Source of the DNA: a virus
Lineage: Duplodnaviria; Caudoviricetes
Reading direction: 5' to 3' (one strand)
IMG/VR virus record: IMGVR_UViG_3300001528_000407
Span: 23,339 to 87,338 of that record
Length of the DNA: 64,000 nt
Shown piece after piece: positions 29,799-39,248 of this stretch (positions are counted from its first letter, which is position 1; the number at the start of each line of letters is the position of its first letter). Below the pieces are notes generated by a model. The model saw nothing but the letters and a program-made list of their open reading frames with translations. It had not been told where the DNA came from and ran no database searches. Both the position numbers and the translations under genes were made by a program.

Positions 29799-30122
29799 AT
29801 GGCAAAGATTATTTATTTCGGGACGAATGGAAGTTCCGGTCATTCTCCTATAGGCATGGATGAAACGCTAACACCAGAAGAATACTCTATGTGGTGTGAA
29901 TGTGATAATGATGTTTGGATTGGTAACGTCATGAAAAATCCAGGCCGTCATCTTGTAAAACACCATGGAAAGGTTTACACCAACTACGGTGTACCTTTCT
30001 CTGTTGACGAAAAACGATGTATGGATCATACCGAATTATTTTGGGAAGGAATACATACAGAGGAAGAAATCGTTAATCTCATAAAAGGTGATAAATTTTT
30101 AAAACGACAATTCAATATGTAA
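29799..30122 (+). CDS. hypothetical protein
   Basis: 107-aa ORF. Confidence 0.65.
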   Translation: MAKIIYFGTNGSSGHSPIGMDETLTPEEYSMWCECDNDVWIGNVMKNPGRHLVKHHGKVYTNYGVPFSVDEKRCMDHTELFWEGIHTEEEIVNLIKGDKFLKRQFNM

Positions 30123-30183
30123 GAACTGTGATTGTAATTAAGAATAATAAAAACGGAAAAGTATTATTATTATTTATAGAAGT

Positions 30184-30729
30184 ATGAAAACAAAAAGTAT
30201 CATTTTGGCATCAGTACTCGCGATAGCAGTACTTTTTGCAGGTTCAGTAATTGGTTGTTATTTCCACTATAACAATCAGGAGATTTCCCTTCGTCAGCAA
30301 TCAGAAGCGCAGCGTGGCAAGATTGAAGGTGTTCACGACAAGATGTGGAAGGTGCTCCAACAGAAAGCGCAGGTTACTGACGAATACAAGTCCACCTTCG
30401 AGAGCATCTATCCTAAGCTCATTGAAGGTAGATATTCGCAAGGCGACGGCTCACTGATGAAGTGGATAAAGGAGAATAATCCTAACTTTGATGTGTCACT
30501 CTATAAGGACTTGATGCAAAGTATAGAGATTCAGCGTTCTGAATTTCAGACTTCACAAGAAAGAATGCTCGACATCATACGAGAACACGAAACGCTCATC
30601 AAGACCTATCCTGCGAAATGGTTTATTACCGATGTACGACCTATAGAGTACAAAGTAATATCTTCTTCCAAGACTAAGATGATTATGCAACTTGGAGAGG
30701 ATAACGATATTGACCTTTTCAAAAAATAA
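30184..30729 (+). CDS. LemA-like membrane-anchored protein
   Basis: N-terminal TM helix, helical body, C-terminal TYPAKWF resembling LemA. Confidence 0.5.
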   Translation: MKTKSIILASVLAIAVLFAGSVIGCYFHYNNQEISLRQQSEAQRGKIEGVHDKMWKVLQQKAQVTDEYKSTFESIYPKLIEGRYSQGDGSLMKWIKENNPNFDVSLYKDLMQSIEIQRSEFQTSQERMLDIIREHETLIKTYPAKWFITDVRPIEYKVISSSKTKMIMQLGEDNDIDLFKK

Positions 30730-30735
30730 GGATTT

Positions 30736-31920
30736 ATGGAGATTTTCATTTTTCTTATCCCATTTGTTGTGGCTGCTTTTTTGTTGATTTTCTTCAGAAA
30801 GCAGACCACCTGGTGGGAATATTTCGCGCTAATCATTCCGTCCATACTCGTCGGCATACTACTGGAGTTTGTTTTCAAGCAAGTTAATGCTGACGATACA
30901 GAATACCTCGGAAGTTATGTCACAAAGGTAAGACATTACGATTCTTGGAACGAATATATCCACCGTACATGCACTAAAACAGTAGGGAGCGGCAAGGATG
31001 AGCATACCGTTACCTATGATTGTTCTTATGTGGAAAACCATCCAGAGTACTGGACGTATTATAACGCAAGAGGCAAGGAAGAATATTTTATGAATAAAGA
31101 TGAGTTCGATATAGTCCGCAAGAAACTAAAGACTTCACCAGTATTCGTAGATATGAATCGAAATTATTACACGAAAGATGGGGATGCCCAAGATTGGTAT
31201 TGGGATAATTCTATAGAGAATGCCTACACGCTTACATCGGAACACCAATATAAGAATAAGGTGAAAGCATCGCGATCCATCTTTAAGTTTGAGGATATTA
31301 GCAAAGAAGAGGCAAAGAAACTCGGATTGTATGAATATCCCAATGTGATAATGTACGACCAACGCCCCATCATGGGATTGAAGTTTCCACAAGAACAGGA
31401 GAAAACTATCCGATGGTTAAATGGGTTTTATGGCGAGCAAAAGCAATTCCGTGTTTTTCTTCTATTCTTCAAGAATAAGCCAGAAGAAATTGTGGAAAAA
31501 CAACGCTCTTATTGGCAAGGAGGTAATAAAAACGAGCTTGTGGTTTGCATTGGCATTGACTCTAAATGCAAGGTAAAATGGTGCGAGGCCTTTTCTTGGT
31601 GCGATTCACCAGTTGTAGCTGTGAAAAGCAGAGATTGGTTTATAAACCATCCCCTCAACCTATGCAAGTTTGCCGAATATATAGAGCCTGTTATTAAAGC
31701 CGAATGGCACCGCAAAAGTTTTAGCGATTTCGATTATCTAACGATAGAACTTTCCGACGGGCAATATTACGCCATCATAGTCTTGTTGTTGATTTTCAAT
31801 ATATTTATGAGTGCATGGATAGTTAATAACGAATACACAAATGATAGCGATGAGAATCAAGACGGACAATCTCCAAGAAAAAGAAGAGTAAGTATAGAAA
31901 TACCACCCGCTTGGAGATAA
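30736..31920 (+). CDS. membrane protein, possible TPM-like domain
   Basis: Two N-terminal and one C-terminal TM segments; GGNKNELVVCIG. Confidence 0.55.
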   Translation: MEIFIFLIPFVVAAFLLIFFRKQTTWWEYFALIIPSILVGILLEFVFKQVNADDTEYLGSYVTKVRHYDSWNEYIHRTCTKTVGSGKDEHTVTYDCSYVENHPEYWTYYNARGKEEYFMNKDEFDIVRKKLKTSPVFVDMNRNYYTKDGDAQDWYWDNSIENAYTLTSEHQYKNKVKASRSIFKFEDISKEEAKKLGLYEYPNVIMYDQRPIMGLKFPQEQEKTIRWLNGFYGEQKQFRVFLLFFKNKPEEIVEKQRSYWQGGNKNELVVCIGIDSKCKVKWCEAFSWCDSPVVAVKSRDWFINHPLNLCKFAEYIEPVIKAEWHRKSFSDFDYLTIELSDGQYYAIIVLLLIFNIFMSAWIVNNEYTNDSDENQDGQSPRKRRVSIEIPPAWR

Positions 31921-31970
31921 AAAAGGATAACATTCAACACTCAACATTTCCAAAATACTAAAACTATACG

Positions 31971-33971
31971 ATGCAGCAACCACACTTAATATATCTCAAC
32001 AAGTTTCAGCAGCAGTCGCTCTATATGGCTGCCAAGGATGAGCGAGTTATCGCTGCCCGCCGTCTGGGTAAGACCGACGGCTTGGTGGCTCCCTACGTTT
32101 GGATGGCATCAAACTCGATGCCTGGCATGTTGGGAGCCTGGGTAGCGGTGTCTCGCCAACAGGGTTTCGGCAAGACCATCCCTGGTACCATGTCTGCCAT
32201 GGAGCGAATGTTTGGTTTCACACAGGGCATTCACTTCGGTTGGGGACGACCGCCGAAGCACGCCCGTGAAAGTATCTTCAAACCCAAGAGCTACGACAAT
32301 ATCATCTGGTTTGCCAACGGCGCACAATGGGTATTGATTTCGCTCTCGCAGACGGCTTCCGCCAACTCTTACACCTTCTCGGCGATGGTAGGCGACGAGG
32401 CGAGATTCTTCCCTTATAAGAAAGTGACCGATGAGTTGATGCCAGCCCTATCCGGACAGACGCACCCCTTGGGCAACATCGCCTTCACCGATTACAACCC
32501 TTGGTATAAGTCCACCCGATTCCTTAGCGATGCCTCGCTCACCTCGAAGGGCAGTTGGCTGGAGCGAGAGGAGGAGAAACTTGACCTCGTGATAGAGAAC
32601 GGTCGATTCAAGGGCAAGACCTACCGATGGGTGCAGGAGCAACTGGAGGAATATGCCAATAAGGTTATCTTCTATAACGACTTGCTCTATAATGCCAAGA
32701 AGACTGGGCACACGCCTCATGTGGTCTATCCAGAGGAGCGACAGGTGTTCCGTGCCGTGGCTCTGAAGATGATTAAGCATGAGGGACAATTCAAGATTCT
32801 GCCCAACCACAGCTCGCAGCTTACGAAGAATATGGTGGATATGGCTGTGAACTATAAGTTGGTCTCTGCCGAGGATGCCGAACTCATCTACGATTACGAG
32901 TATCTGCTTACGCCTGAACAGGATTTCGAGATGCAGATGTTTGATAAGGCAGATAAGTTTCAGGAGGGATATTTGAGGGAGTTGCGCTGTTCGGCTTTCG
33001 TGGTTCGTCGTGCCTCCACGCTCGACAACGTGGATATTCTTGGGGAGGACTATATCCGCACCATGAAGCGAGATTTGCCTGCCTATACTTTCATGGTTTC
33101 GATACTGAACGTGAAAATCAAGAAGTCGAACGATGGCTTTTATAGCAACTTGGATATAGAAAATGTTCATGGGTACATACCCGATTCGGTTGATCCGCTC
33201 TCGAATGCCAACTTCCGCACCGTGAAGGCTACGGGTGTTATCGACGGCAAGAAAATCACATCGGAGAGTTATCAGCCCGATTTGCAGGAGTTGGCAGAGC
33301 GGGATGATTGTCGCATGGATGCCGATTGTATCACCGAACTGCCTTTGTACCTGGCTTTCGATTATAATGCCAACATCAATACTTTGGTGGTGGGCCAAGT
33401 GTATCAGCGTGACGGTGTGGAGGCGGTGAACGTTATCAAGAGCTTCTACGTGAAGAACGAACAGATGTTGCGTGACTTGGTAAGCAATTTCTCCCGATAT
33501 TACGCACCTAAGCGTGCCATCAATCGTGATGTGGTTTACTTCTATGATACCACGGCGAAGCAGGGTGCCTCGTATGCCTTGACCGATGAGCGTTTCTATA
33601 TGGTCGTGATTAGGGAGTTGGAGCGCAACGGTTGGAACGTGACGGCGATAGATATGGGTGTGCCCGAGAAGCATGAGATAAAGCATCGTATCATCAACGA
33701 TGCCTTGGCTGGGATAGAATATCCTGCCATCCGTATCAATCAGGCGCAAAACCCCGACCTTATCATCGCCATGCAGCTTTGTGAGGTGAGTATCGGGTAT
33801 CAGGGTTTCCGTAAGGATAAATCACAAGAGAAGAAAGCAGAAACGGAGGATAACTTGCCGTTGCAGCAAAGAACTGACTTCACCGATGCCTTCGATAGCT
33901 TGTATCTGGGATGCAAGTTCTGGAGAGGGAATATCGGGTGGTTTGTGCTGCCGGATGGTAGGAATGTGTAA
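31971..33971 (+). CDS. terL: terminase large subunit
   Basis: Walker A AARRLGKT, Walker B MVGDEARF, nuclease LAFDYNAN...DFTDAFD. Confidence 0.9.
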   Translation: MQQPHLIYLNKFQQQSLYMAAKDERVIAARRLGKTDGLVAPYVWMASNSMPGMLGAWVAVSRQQGFGKTIPGTMSAMERMFGFTQGIHFGWGRPPKHARESIFKPKSYDNIIWFANGAQWVLISLSQTASANSYTFSAMVGDEARFFPYKKVTDELMPALSGQTHPLGNIAFTDYNPWYKSTRFLSDASLTSKGSWLEREEEKLDLVIENGRFKGKTYRWVQEQLEEYANKVIFYNDLLYNAKKTGHTPHVVYPEERQVFRAVALKMIKHEGQFKILPNHSSQLTKNMVDMAVNYKLVSAEDAELIYDYEYLLTPEQDFEMQMFDKADKFQEGYLRELRCSAFVVRRASTLDNVDILGEDYIRTMKRDLPAYTFMVSILNVKIKKSNDGFYSNLDIENVHGYIPDSVDPLSNANFRTVKATGVIDGKKITSESYQPDLQELAERDDCRMDADCITELPLYLAFDYNANINTLVVGQVYQRDGVEAVNVIKSFYVKNEQMLRDLVSNFSRYYAPKRAINRDVVYFYDTTAKQGASYALTDERFYMVVIRELERNGWNVTAIDMGVPEKHEIKHRIINDALAGIEYPAIRINQAQNPDLIIAMQLCEVSIGYQGFRKDKSQEKKAETEDNLPLQQRTDFTDAFDSLYLGCKFWRGNIGWFVLPDGRNV

Positions 33972-33998
33972 CTATTCTTTTTTTAATGTAAACAAAAT

Positions 33999-34597
33999 AT
34001 GAGTAAAGATTGGACGGGCGGTAGAGCCGCTGTATTCAAGACGCTTGGAGCGAGCAACCACAAAAATGGCGAGCGACAGCGTGAGGACTACTATGCCACG
34101 GAGCCTGCGGCTACCGAATGGCTATGCAAGATTGAGGATTTCGGGGGGGTAAAATCTTAGAGCCTTCCTGTGGAGAGGGACATATCAGCAAGGTTCTTTT
34201 GAAGCATGGGTATGATGTTACGAGCCGAGACTTGATAGACAGAGGATTTGGCGAGGGCGGTCAAGATTTCCTTGCCATTGATAACTTGTCATGGCAGGGG
34301 CATATCGTCACCAACCCTCCCTACAAGTATGCGCAAGAGTTTGTGGAGAAGGCATTGCAGATTATTCCGCCAGGATATAAGGTGGCTATGCTGCTAAAGC
34401 TGACGTTTCTTGAAGGAAAGGCTCGTAGGTATTTATTCAATACACAGCCACCTGTTAGGGTATGGGTGAGTTCTTCGAGACTGAAATGTGCGATGAATGG
34501 TGATTTCGATGCAACCGAGGGTAGCGCACAGGCTTATGCTTGGTTCGTATGGGAGAAAGGATATAAGGGAGACACCATCGTGAAATGGTTCAACTGA
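33999..34597 (+). pseudogene. small N6-adenine DNA methyltransferase frameshifted at a G7 tract (probable OFF allele)
   Basis: MSKDW...DYYATEP...DFGGVKS* with G7 at 34143-34149; G8 gives FGGGKILEPSCGEGHIS (motif I) joined to IVTNPPY (motif IV). Confidence 0.85.
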
Positions 34598-34630
34598 TAT
34601 TCTTTCCAATTTGGAATAAACTGGAAAGTA

Positions 34631-34697
34631 TTGAAAAGATTTGAATAATTTGAATAAATGGGTTGAATTTATTTGAATTTACTTGAATTTACTTGAG
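34631..34697. repeat. TTGAA units phased at about 10 bp
   Basis: ttgaa/ttgag at 34631, 34641, 34650, 34663, 34673, 34683 and 34693. Confidence 0.7.
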
Positions 34698-34822
34698 TAA
34701 GAGAGTTAATCCTTGGAAAATTCTCTGCAAAGAGCCGAGGGCGATAAACACTAAGGTTTCGGGGTTCGGGGAATTTCCTTTGCAAATAAAAGCAATCATT
34801 ACCTTTGACGCAAGAAAAAGAG

Positions 34823-34856
34823 CGAAGGGCAGACGTTATCGCAACGGCTGCCCTTC
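34823..34856. terminator. bidirectional terminator between convergent operons
   Basis: gaagggcag...ctgcccttc hairpin. Confidence 0.6.
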
Positions 34857-34954
34857 TTAGTTTTAACCTTATAAACTACTATAGAACTTTTGGAATTTGT
34901 TCTGATTATGAATAATGAAAAATAGAATTTTATCTTATCATTTATCTATTGCAT

Positions 34955-35268
34955 CTATAATTCCACAAACACGCATAGCTGCTGCCCATTGCTCGTAAGG
35001 GCATTGGCAAGCCTACCCCCCCGATTGTGCGGCTTCGCCTTATCGCCGAGGTGGGGTAAGCGAGGTCACACACACCAAGCACAGGGCAATCGGTGTAGCC
35101 TTGCTCCGTGGCTTGGCGTATGCGCAAGAAGGTATCGCCCGTCTCTACCTCGTTCACCAACTGGAGAAAAGGTCGGGAGGTGTCGTATATTCTATATAAT
35201 GTGCCATCGGGATAGAAGCCATATAGCTTGCCATCCTTCACGATGGTGCCTCGCTTGTAGTGTGACAT
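34955..35268 (-). pseudogene. C5-MTase TRD-like gene T11, poly-G OFF allele
   Basis: IRQATEQGY...CDLAYPTSAIRRSRTIGG; G7 (C7 at 35016-35022); G8 gives GGGRLANALTSNGQQLCVFVEL*. Confidence 0.7.
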
Positions 35269-35279
35269 ACTGCTTGTGC

Positions 35280-36236
35280 TTAATCTAACGGTTCGCTACA
35301 TTTCAACTCGTTCACCAACTCCATGTAGTCATCATACAGTTGTGGTGGTATCTGTTTATACAGTCGCTCATCGAAGAAACTCTTCTTTAGTATTACCTGG
35401 GTTTCCGGTGTCGCTCTCGATGCTGCCACTAAGTACTGAAGAAACTCTATCAGCTCATCGGGCTCATATCTATCCTTCTTGAAAGGCGACCGCAAGCCGA
35501 GGCGTATCTCGTCTGCCACACCCATGATGTCCATCAATACATCCTTGGCACGATAGAACTTAACGACAGGCTCCATCGAGACAAAAGTTTTATAGCCCAA
35601 AGCCTTTACTCGCTCCAGGGCATTGATGCGGTCGTTGGTGGATGGAGCGTTAGGCTCCAGCTCGTCCATGCCCGTGATGGTGAAGCCGAAGGTGATAAGG
35701 TTGCAGCGAAGTCGGAAGCACTGGCTGTAGATTTCACTCTTCTCGTCATCGAGCCAAGCGGTGTCCTTGGTGAGGACGGTTACGGGGACGTGGTAGTTGG
35801 TGACGAGATTCTCGATGCAGTTGATGGTGTAGAATACGGTGTCCTCTGCCATCGGATCACTCTTGAAGGAGAGGAATATGCCACCGTCCTGGATGATTCG
35901 CTCGCTGCCTATCTTTCGCACGTCCTTTTCGATGATTTCGCTCATCGCTAGGAGTGTGGATGCTGTCTTGATGCTGATGGGGATAAATTGGTACATCGGT
36001 ATGCCCTCACGCTTCATGTAGGCATTGAGCAACTTGTCTCGCAAGTTGGCGATAGGTGCCGCCAACTTTGGCTCATCGCCAAAGGCGTGGCTCAACACAC
36101 CTCGGCGATTATAGCAATAGGTGCATCCGTTGCTGCAACCATTGTATAGATTTATCGCCCACTTAGCGTATTCGCCCGCTGGTCCTTGGGGCTGATAGAT
36201 GAGCTTGCCCTTGATAGGCTTCTTGGTTTCTTCCAT
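35280..36236 (-). CDS. radical SAM protein
   Basis: NLYNGCSNGCTYCY (CxxxCxxC); DPMA, VLTK and TFVSMEP. Confidence 0.8.
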   Translation of the reverse strand: MEETKKPIKGKLIYQPQGPAGEYAKWAINLYNGCSNGCTYCYNRRGVLSHAFGDEPKLAAPIANLRDKLLNAYMKREGIPMYQFIPISIKTASTLLAMSEIIEKDVRKIGSERIIQDGGIFLSFKSDPMAEDTVFYTINCIENLVTNYHVPVTVLTKDTAWLDDEKSEIYSQCFRLRCNLITFGFTITGMDELEPNAPSTNDRINALERVKALGYKTFVSMEPVVKFYRAKDVLMDIMGVADEIRLGLRSPFKKDRYEPDELIEFLQYLVAASRATPETQVILKKSFFDERLYKQIPPQLYDDYMELVNELKCSEPLD

Positions 36237-36273
36237 AATATCTAAATGTTTTTTTGTTGTTATTCGATTGCTT

Positions 36274-36498
36274 CTAAACGATTCTCAAACTCGAAAACTC
36301 TTCTTTATTGAAAGACCAAGGATTTTCTATCAGCAGGTTCACCAGCATTCCGTCGGTAAGCGATACTTTCTTAACCTCAAACTCCTTGTCGGGATATACG
36401 GTTTCGATGAGATGTGCCTTATCGGGACATGGCGTGATGTGGTAGGGAATCTTCGAGCCTTTTAGGGAGACGATATAAATCGTATATTTCTTAATCAT
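36274..36498 (-). CDS. hypothetical protein
   Basis: 74-aa ORF in the operon. Confidence 0.5.
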   Translation of the reverse strand: MIKKYTIYIVSLKGSKIPYHITPCPDKAHLIETVYPDKEFEVKKVSLTDGMLVNLLIENPWSFNKEEFSSLRIV

Positions 36499-36516
36499 TT
36501 TCTCTTAGATTTATTC

Positions 36517-37251
36517 CTATTCCATCGGTCTCACATACTTCGCCTTGGCGAAGCGATAAGAGCGATAGTCGTGAGACACATGGAGAACGTTCTTGTTATC
36601 GGTGAACGTCTTGATGCAGCCCTTATCGTCTTCATCGAAACCGAGGATAAGATAATGCCCATCCTCGGTATAGCCAGCGAGACTGGCACCGATGTCCTCG
36701 CCCTTATACGAGACTCTTTCGTCCCGATGGAGGCGAAATATCTCCTGGTTGGAGTGGAACAGGCTCAACTCCTCTGCATCGGTGGGCTTGAACTTGATGG
36801 TAAAGAAATACTCGCAAAGCCATTCTTCGGGACACATACCTCGTTTCGGCTTGCTCACCACGATGTCCTCTATCTCTCGGATAATGACAGGCGCACCGTC
36901 TTCCGGATAGCCATTGCGGAAGGCGACGTGGGTGTATGGTACCAACACGTTCTGCCATCTGTGCTCCTTATGCTCGGCATTGAATTGGTCTGCGCTGCCA
37001 TCCTCGGCGATGGAACAGCCCATATAGCCAACGAGAAAATACGCTGCATTGATGGTATTGTTTTTTATCATCGAGAGCACTTCTGCCCGATGAGGAGCTT
37101 CGGGCTTGATGAGTCTCGAAGCCCAGTGTATCTTTATCGCCCGATACTCTTCAGTCTTCTCGCCGAAAAGAATCTTCTCGTACCATTCCTTAGTAAGGGA
37201 AAGGTTGAGGATGCGGACGGGATTGCCGTCTTTTGAAAATAAATCTTCCAT
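36517..37251 (-). CDS. ASCH-domain protein
   Basis: LNLSLTKEWYEKILFGEKTEEYR and FRNGY signature. Confidence 0.75.
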   Translation of the reverse strand: MEDLFSKDGNPVRILNLSLTKEWYEKILFGEKTEEYRAIKIHWASRLIKPEAPHRAEVLSMIKNNTINAAYFLVGYMGCSIAEDGSADQFNAEHKEHRWQNVLVPYTHVAFRNGYPEDGAPVIIREIEDIVVSKPKRGMCPEEWLCEYFFTIKFKPTDAEELSLFHSNQEIFRLHRDERVSYKGEDIGASLAGYTEDGHYLILGFDEDDKGCIKTFTDNKNVLHVSHDYRSYRFAKAKYVRPME

Positions 37252-37297
37252 TGGTAATGCTATAAATTCTAATCACTAAATTCTGATTTCGTCTTAC

Positions 37298-37972
37298 TCA
37301 TAGCTCATTAAAATCGTTCATAAATGAAGAATGCAATTCTCGCCACGTCTTCTGCATCTTGCCGTCCTTAAACTCATATCCAAGGCGACGGATGTAACTC
37401 TCGGTTGCTTCCACCAAAGCCTTGCTTGGCGTATAGAAAAGATAATCCTCGGCATGATAAAATCCCATATTGTAGTTGATGTAGTTACAGCACTTATCGG
37501 AAGCGATGCTCTGGTAATTGCGCACATCGGGGTCGGAGATATGCACCTTCGTGCCATTCTGCTCGATATATATGGCGAAGTGGATTCTTACGATGTCATC
37601 TTGCGGATAAACATCTTTGACGCAGATATACCCACGTTTCAGATTTTCGCTCTTATCTTGGCTCTTGATGAGATATGTCCTGCCCTCTTGCAGGTCGGAA
37701 AGATGCAAGGGTTCATCTTCGTTCGTCTCATCGGGATAATCGGCATACTTATCGGGGGTGTCGGAATCGTCGGCTGTCTTGATGCGATACTCGGTCGCCA
37801 TGAAATCAATGCCTTCCATTTCCAAGATGTCCCCGGATGGCAGGTCGTGCCAACTGCTATAGCGGTCGTCGTACAGAAGTTTTCTGTATTGCAGTTGCTT
37901 GCCATCGAGCAAGGCTTGCATCACCTGAATGGTGTCTGTAAGTTTCTGCTTAAAATCGTTTGTTAGTTCCAT
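37298..37972 (-). CDS. hypothetical protein
   Basis: 224-aa ORF. Confidence 0.7.
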   Translation of the reverse strand: MELTNDFKQKLTDTIQVMQALLDGKQLQYRKLLYDDRYSSWHDLPSGDILEMEGIDFMATEYRIKTADDSDTPDKYADYPDETNEDEPLHLSDLQEGRTYLIKSQDKSENLKRGYICVKDVYPQDDIVRIHFAIYIEQNGTKVHISDPDVRNYQSIASDKCCNYINYNMGFYHAEDYLFYTPSKALVEATESYIRRLGYEFKDGKMQKTWRELHSSFMNDFNEL

Positions 37973-38175
37973 AATTAGCTAAACACTATAAATCCTTTTT
38001 TATTATTAGTTCTATTTATTATCTCTTGCGCTTGCCACGCTTATTTCTCTAAAAAGGATAGGGAGCACGCCTCACGGCGAATCCCTATCAGTGAGAAAAT
38101 TGATTATTCTGTCTCAATAACCATTTAATTATTTAAATTTTATAAAGCACAGTCTAAACTACAAGCGGCTAAGGA

Positions 38176-38682
38176 TTATCCCTCGCCATCATCGCCACTG
38201 CTTGATGATGAGCCGCTGCCAGATGATGAGCCGCTGCCCTGCGAAGGCTTGGTGCCAGCGTTGCCGGAATCATCGGTGGACGGCTCGTCGCCCTCGTTAT
38301 CCTTGGTCCATGAAGTCTTGGCAGTCTGCACGGCTGCGTGAATCTCCTGGCTTGGATAGAAGGACACACCAATCTTGTGCTCTACGGAAGTTTGCTCCTC
38401 AGCGGTCTCGGTCCATGCACCCGAACAGGTGAAACCGATGTTGCCGATGCCTTTCAACTCCACAGTCTTGCCGCTTGCGAGGGCTTCCTTAATAGCGTCG
38501 AGGGCTAACTCGAAGCCCATGCGAAGCTCTGCCTTGTGCATGGTGGTGTTCTTACTTGCAGACTCTACGATACTGTCCATGTCTGCCTTACCGTTGGACT
38601 TGACGGTTGTGCGATAGCCCATCTTCTTGGTAGAAGGATTGATGGCTTTCGACTTAGATAATTTCAAAGTGAGTGTACTCAT
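38176..38682 (-). CDS. HU-like (Bacteroidetes histone-like) DNA-binding protein with a Gly/Ser tail
   Basis: TTMHKAEL...LASGKTVELKGIGNIGF; likely start MSTLTL at 38682. Confidence 0.8.
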   Translation of the reverse strand: MSTLTLKLSKSKAINPSTKKMGYRTTVKSNGKADMDSIVESASKNTTMHKAELRMGFELALDAIKEALASGKTVELKGIGNIGFTCSGAWTETAEEQTSVEHKIGVSFYPSQEIHAAVQTAKTSWTKDNEGDEPSTDDSGNAGTKPSQGSGSSSGSGSSSSSGDDGEG

Positions 38683-38852
38683 ATCTTCTGAAATTAAATT
38701 ATTAATACTGACATATACCCAGTTCGGAACTATACCTATCACTTTCGGAAACTATAGGTATTACTTTTCAAAACTATAGGTATAGTTTATAAAAGTGATA
38801 GATATAGTTTGCTTCAAGTAAAAACTATCTTCTTTCCTTTCGTATGCTCATT

Positions 38853-38895
38853 TGCAAAGGTACAAAAAGTATTTTTATCGGTGGTGACAAACTTT
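38853..38895 (-). promoter_or_regulatory. putative late-type promoter for the HU-like gene
   Basis: -7 TACCTTTG at 38855-38862; TTTGTCACCACC with TTTG at 38888-38891; 25-nt spacer. Confidence 0.55.
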
Positions 38896-38915
38896 TCTCG
38901 GCTGATGGTAGATAA

Positions 38916-39248
38916 CTACCAATGCACGTCCTTCTGATACTCGTCTCGCTCGAAACCTCGCTCCGGTCCTCGCCACTGGTACCACTGGTAGTCCGTGCGA
39001 TAATTATAGTCAGTCTTTTTGAGGCAGAACGATGTTATCACGCACAGCTTACCCAGTGCGATGTCGGGGTGAGCCTTGGCGAAGGCAAGGGCTTGCGGGA
39101 TGGCTGTCTTTGCATTGGGGAGGGAAAGGAGCTGCTTCATTCGCACCTTCGGGGAGTGCTTGAAGTAATCCTTGCCTCCACCTTCCGATGGTACGGTATA
39201 GTAGAGGTCGGCACGGTATCGCTTATAATCACTCGGTCTTGCTGCCAT
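38916..39248 (-). CDS. hypothetical protein
   Basis: 110-aa ORF. Confidence 0.65.
   Translation of the reverse strand: MAARPSDYKRYRADLYYTVPSEGGGKDYFKHSPKVRMKQLLSLPNAKTAIPQALAFAKAHPDIALGKLCVITSFCLKKTDYNYRTDYQWYQWRGPERGFERDEYQKDVHW

Noticed and set aside
32448-33749. 433-aa minus-strand ORF
   Set aside because: Antisense shadow of terL with no motifs. The same applies to 4753-5601, 5838-6722, 17345-18052, 50187-51167 and most other plus-strand ORFs over minus-strand genes.
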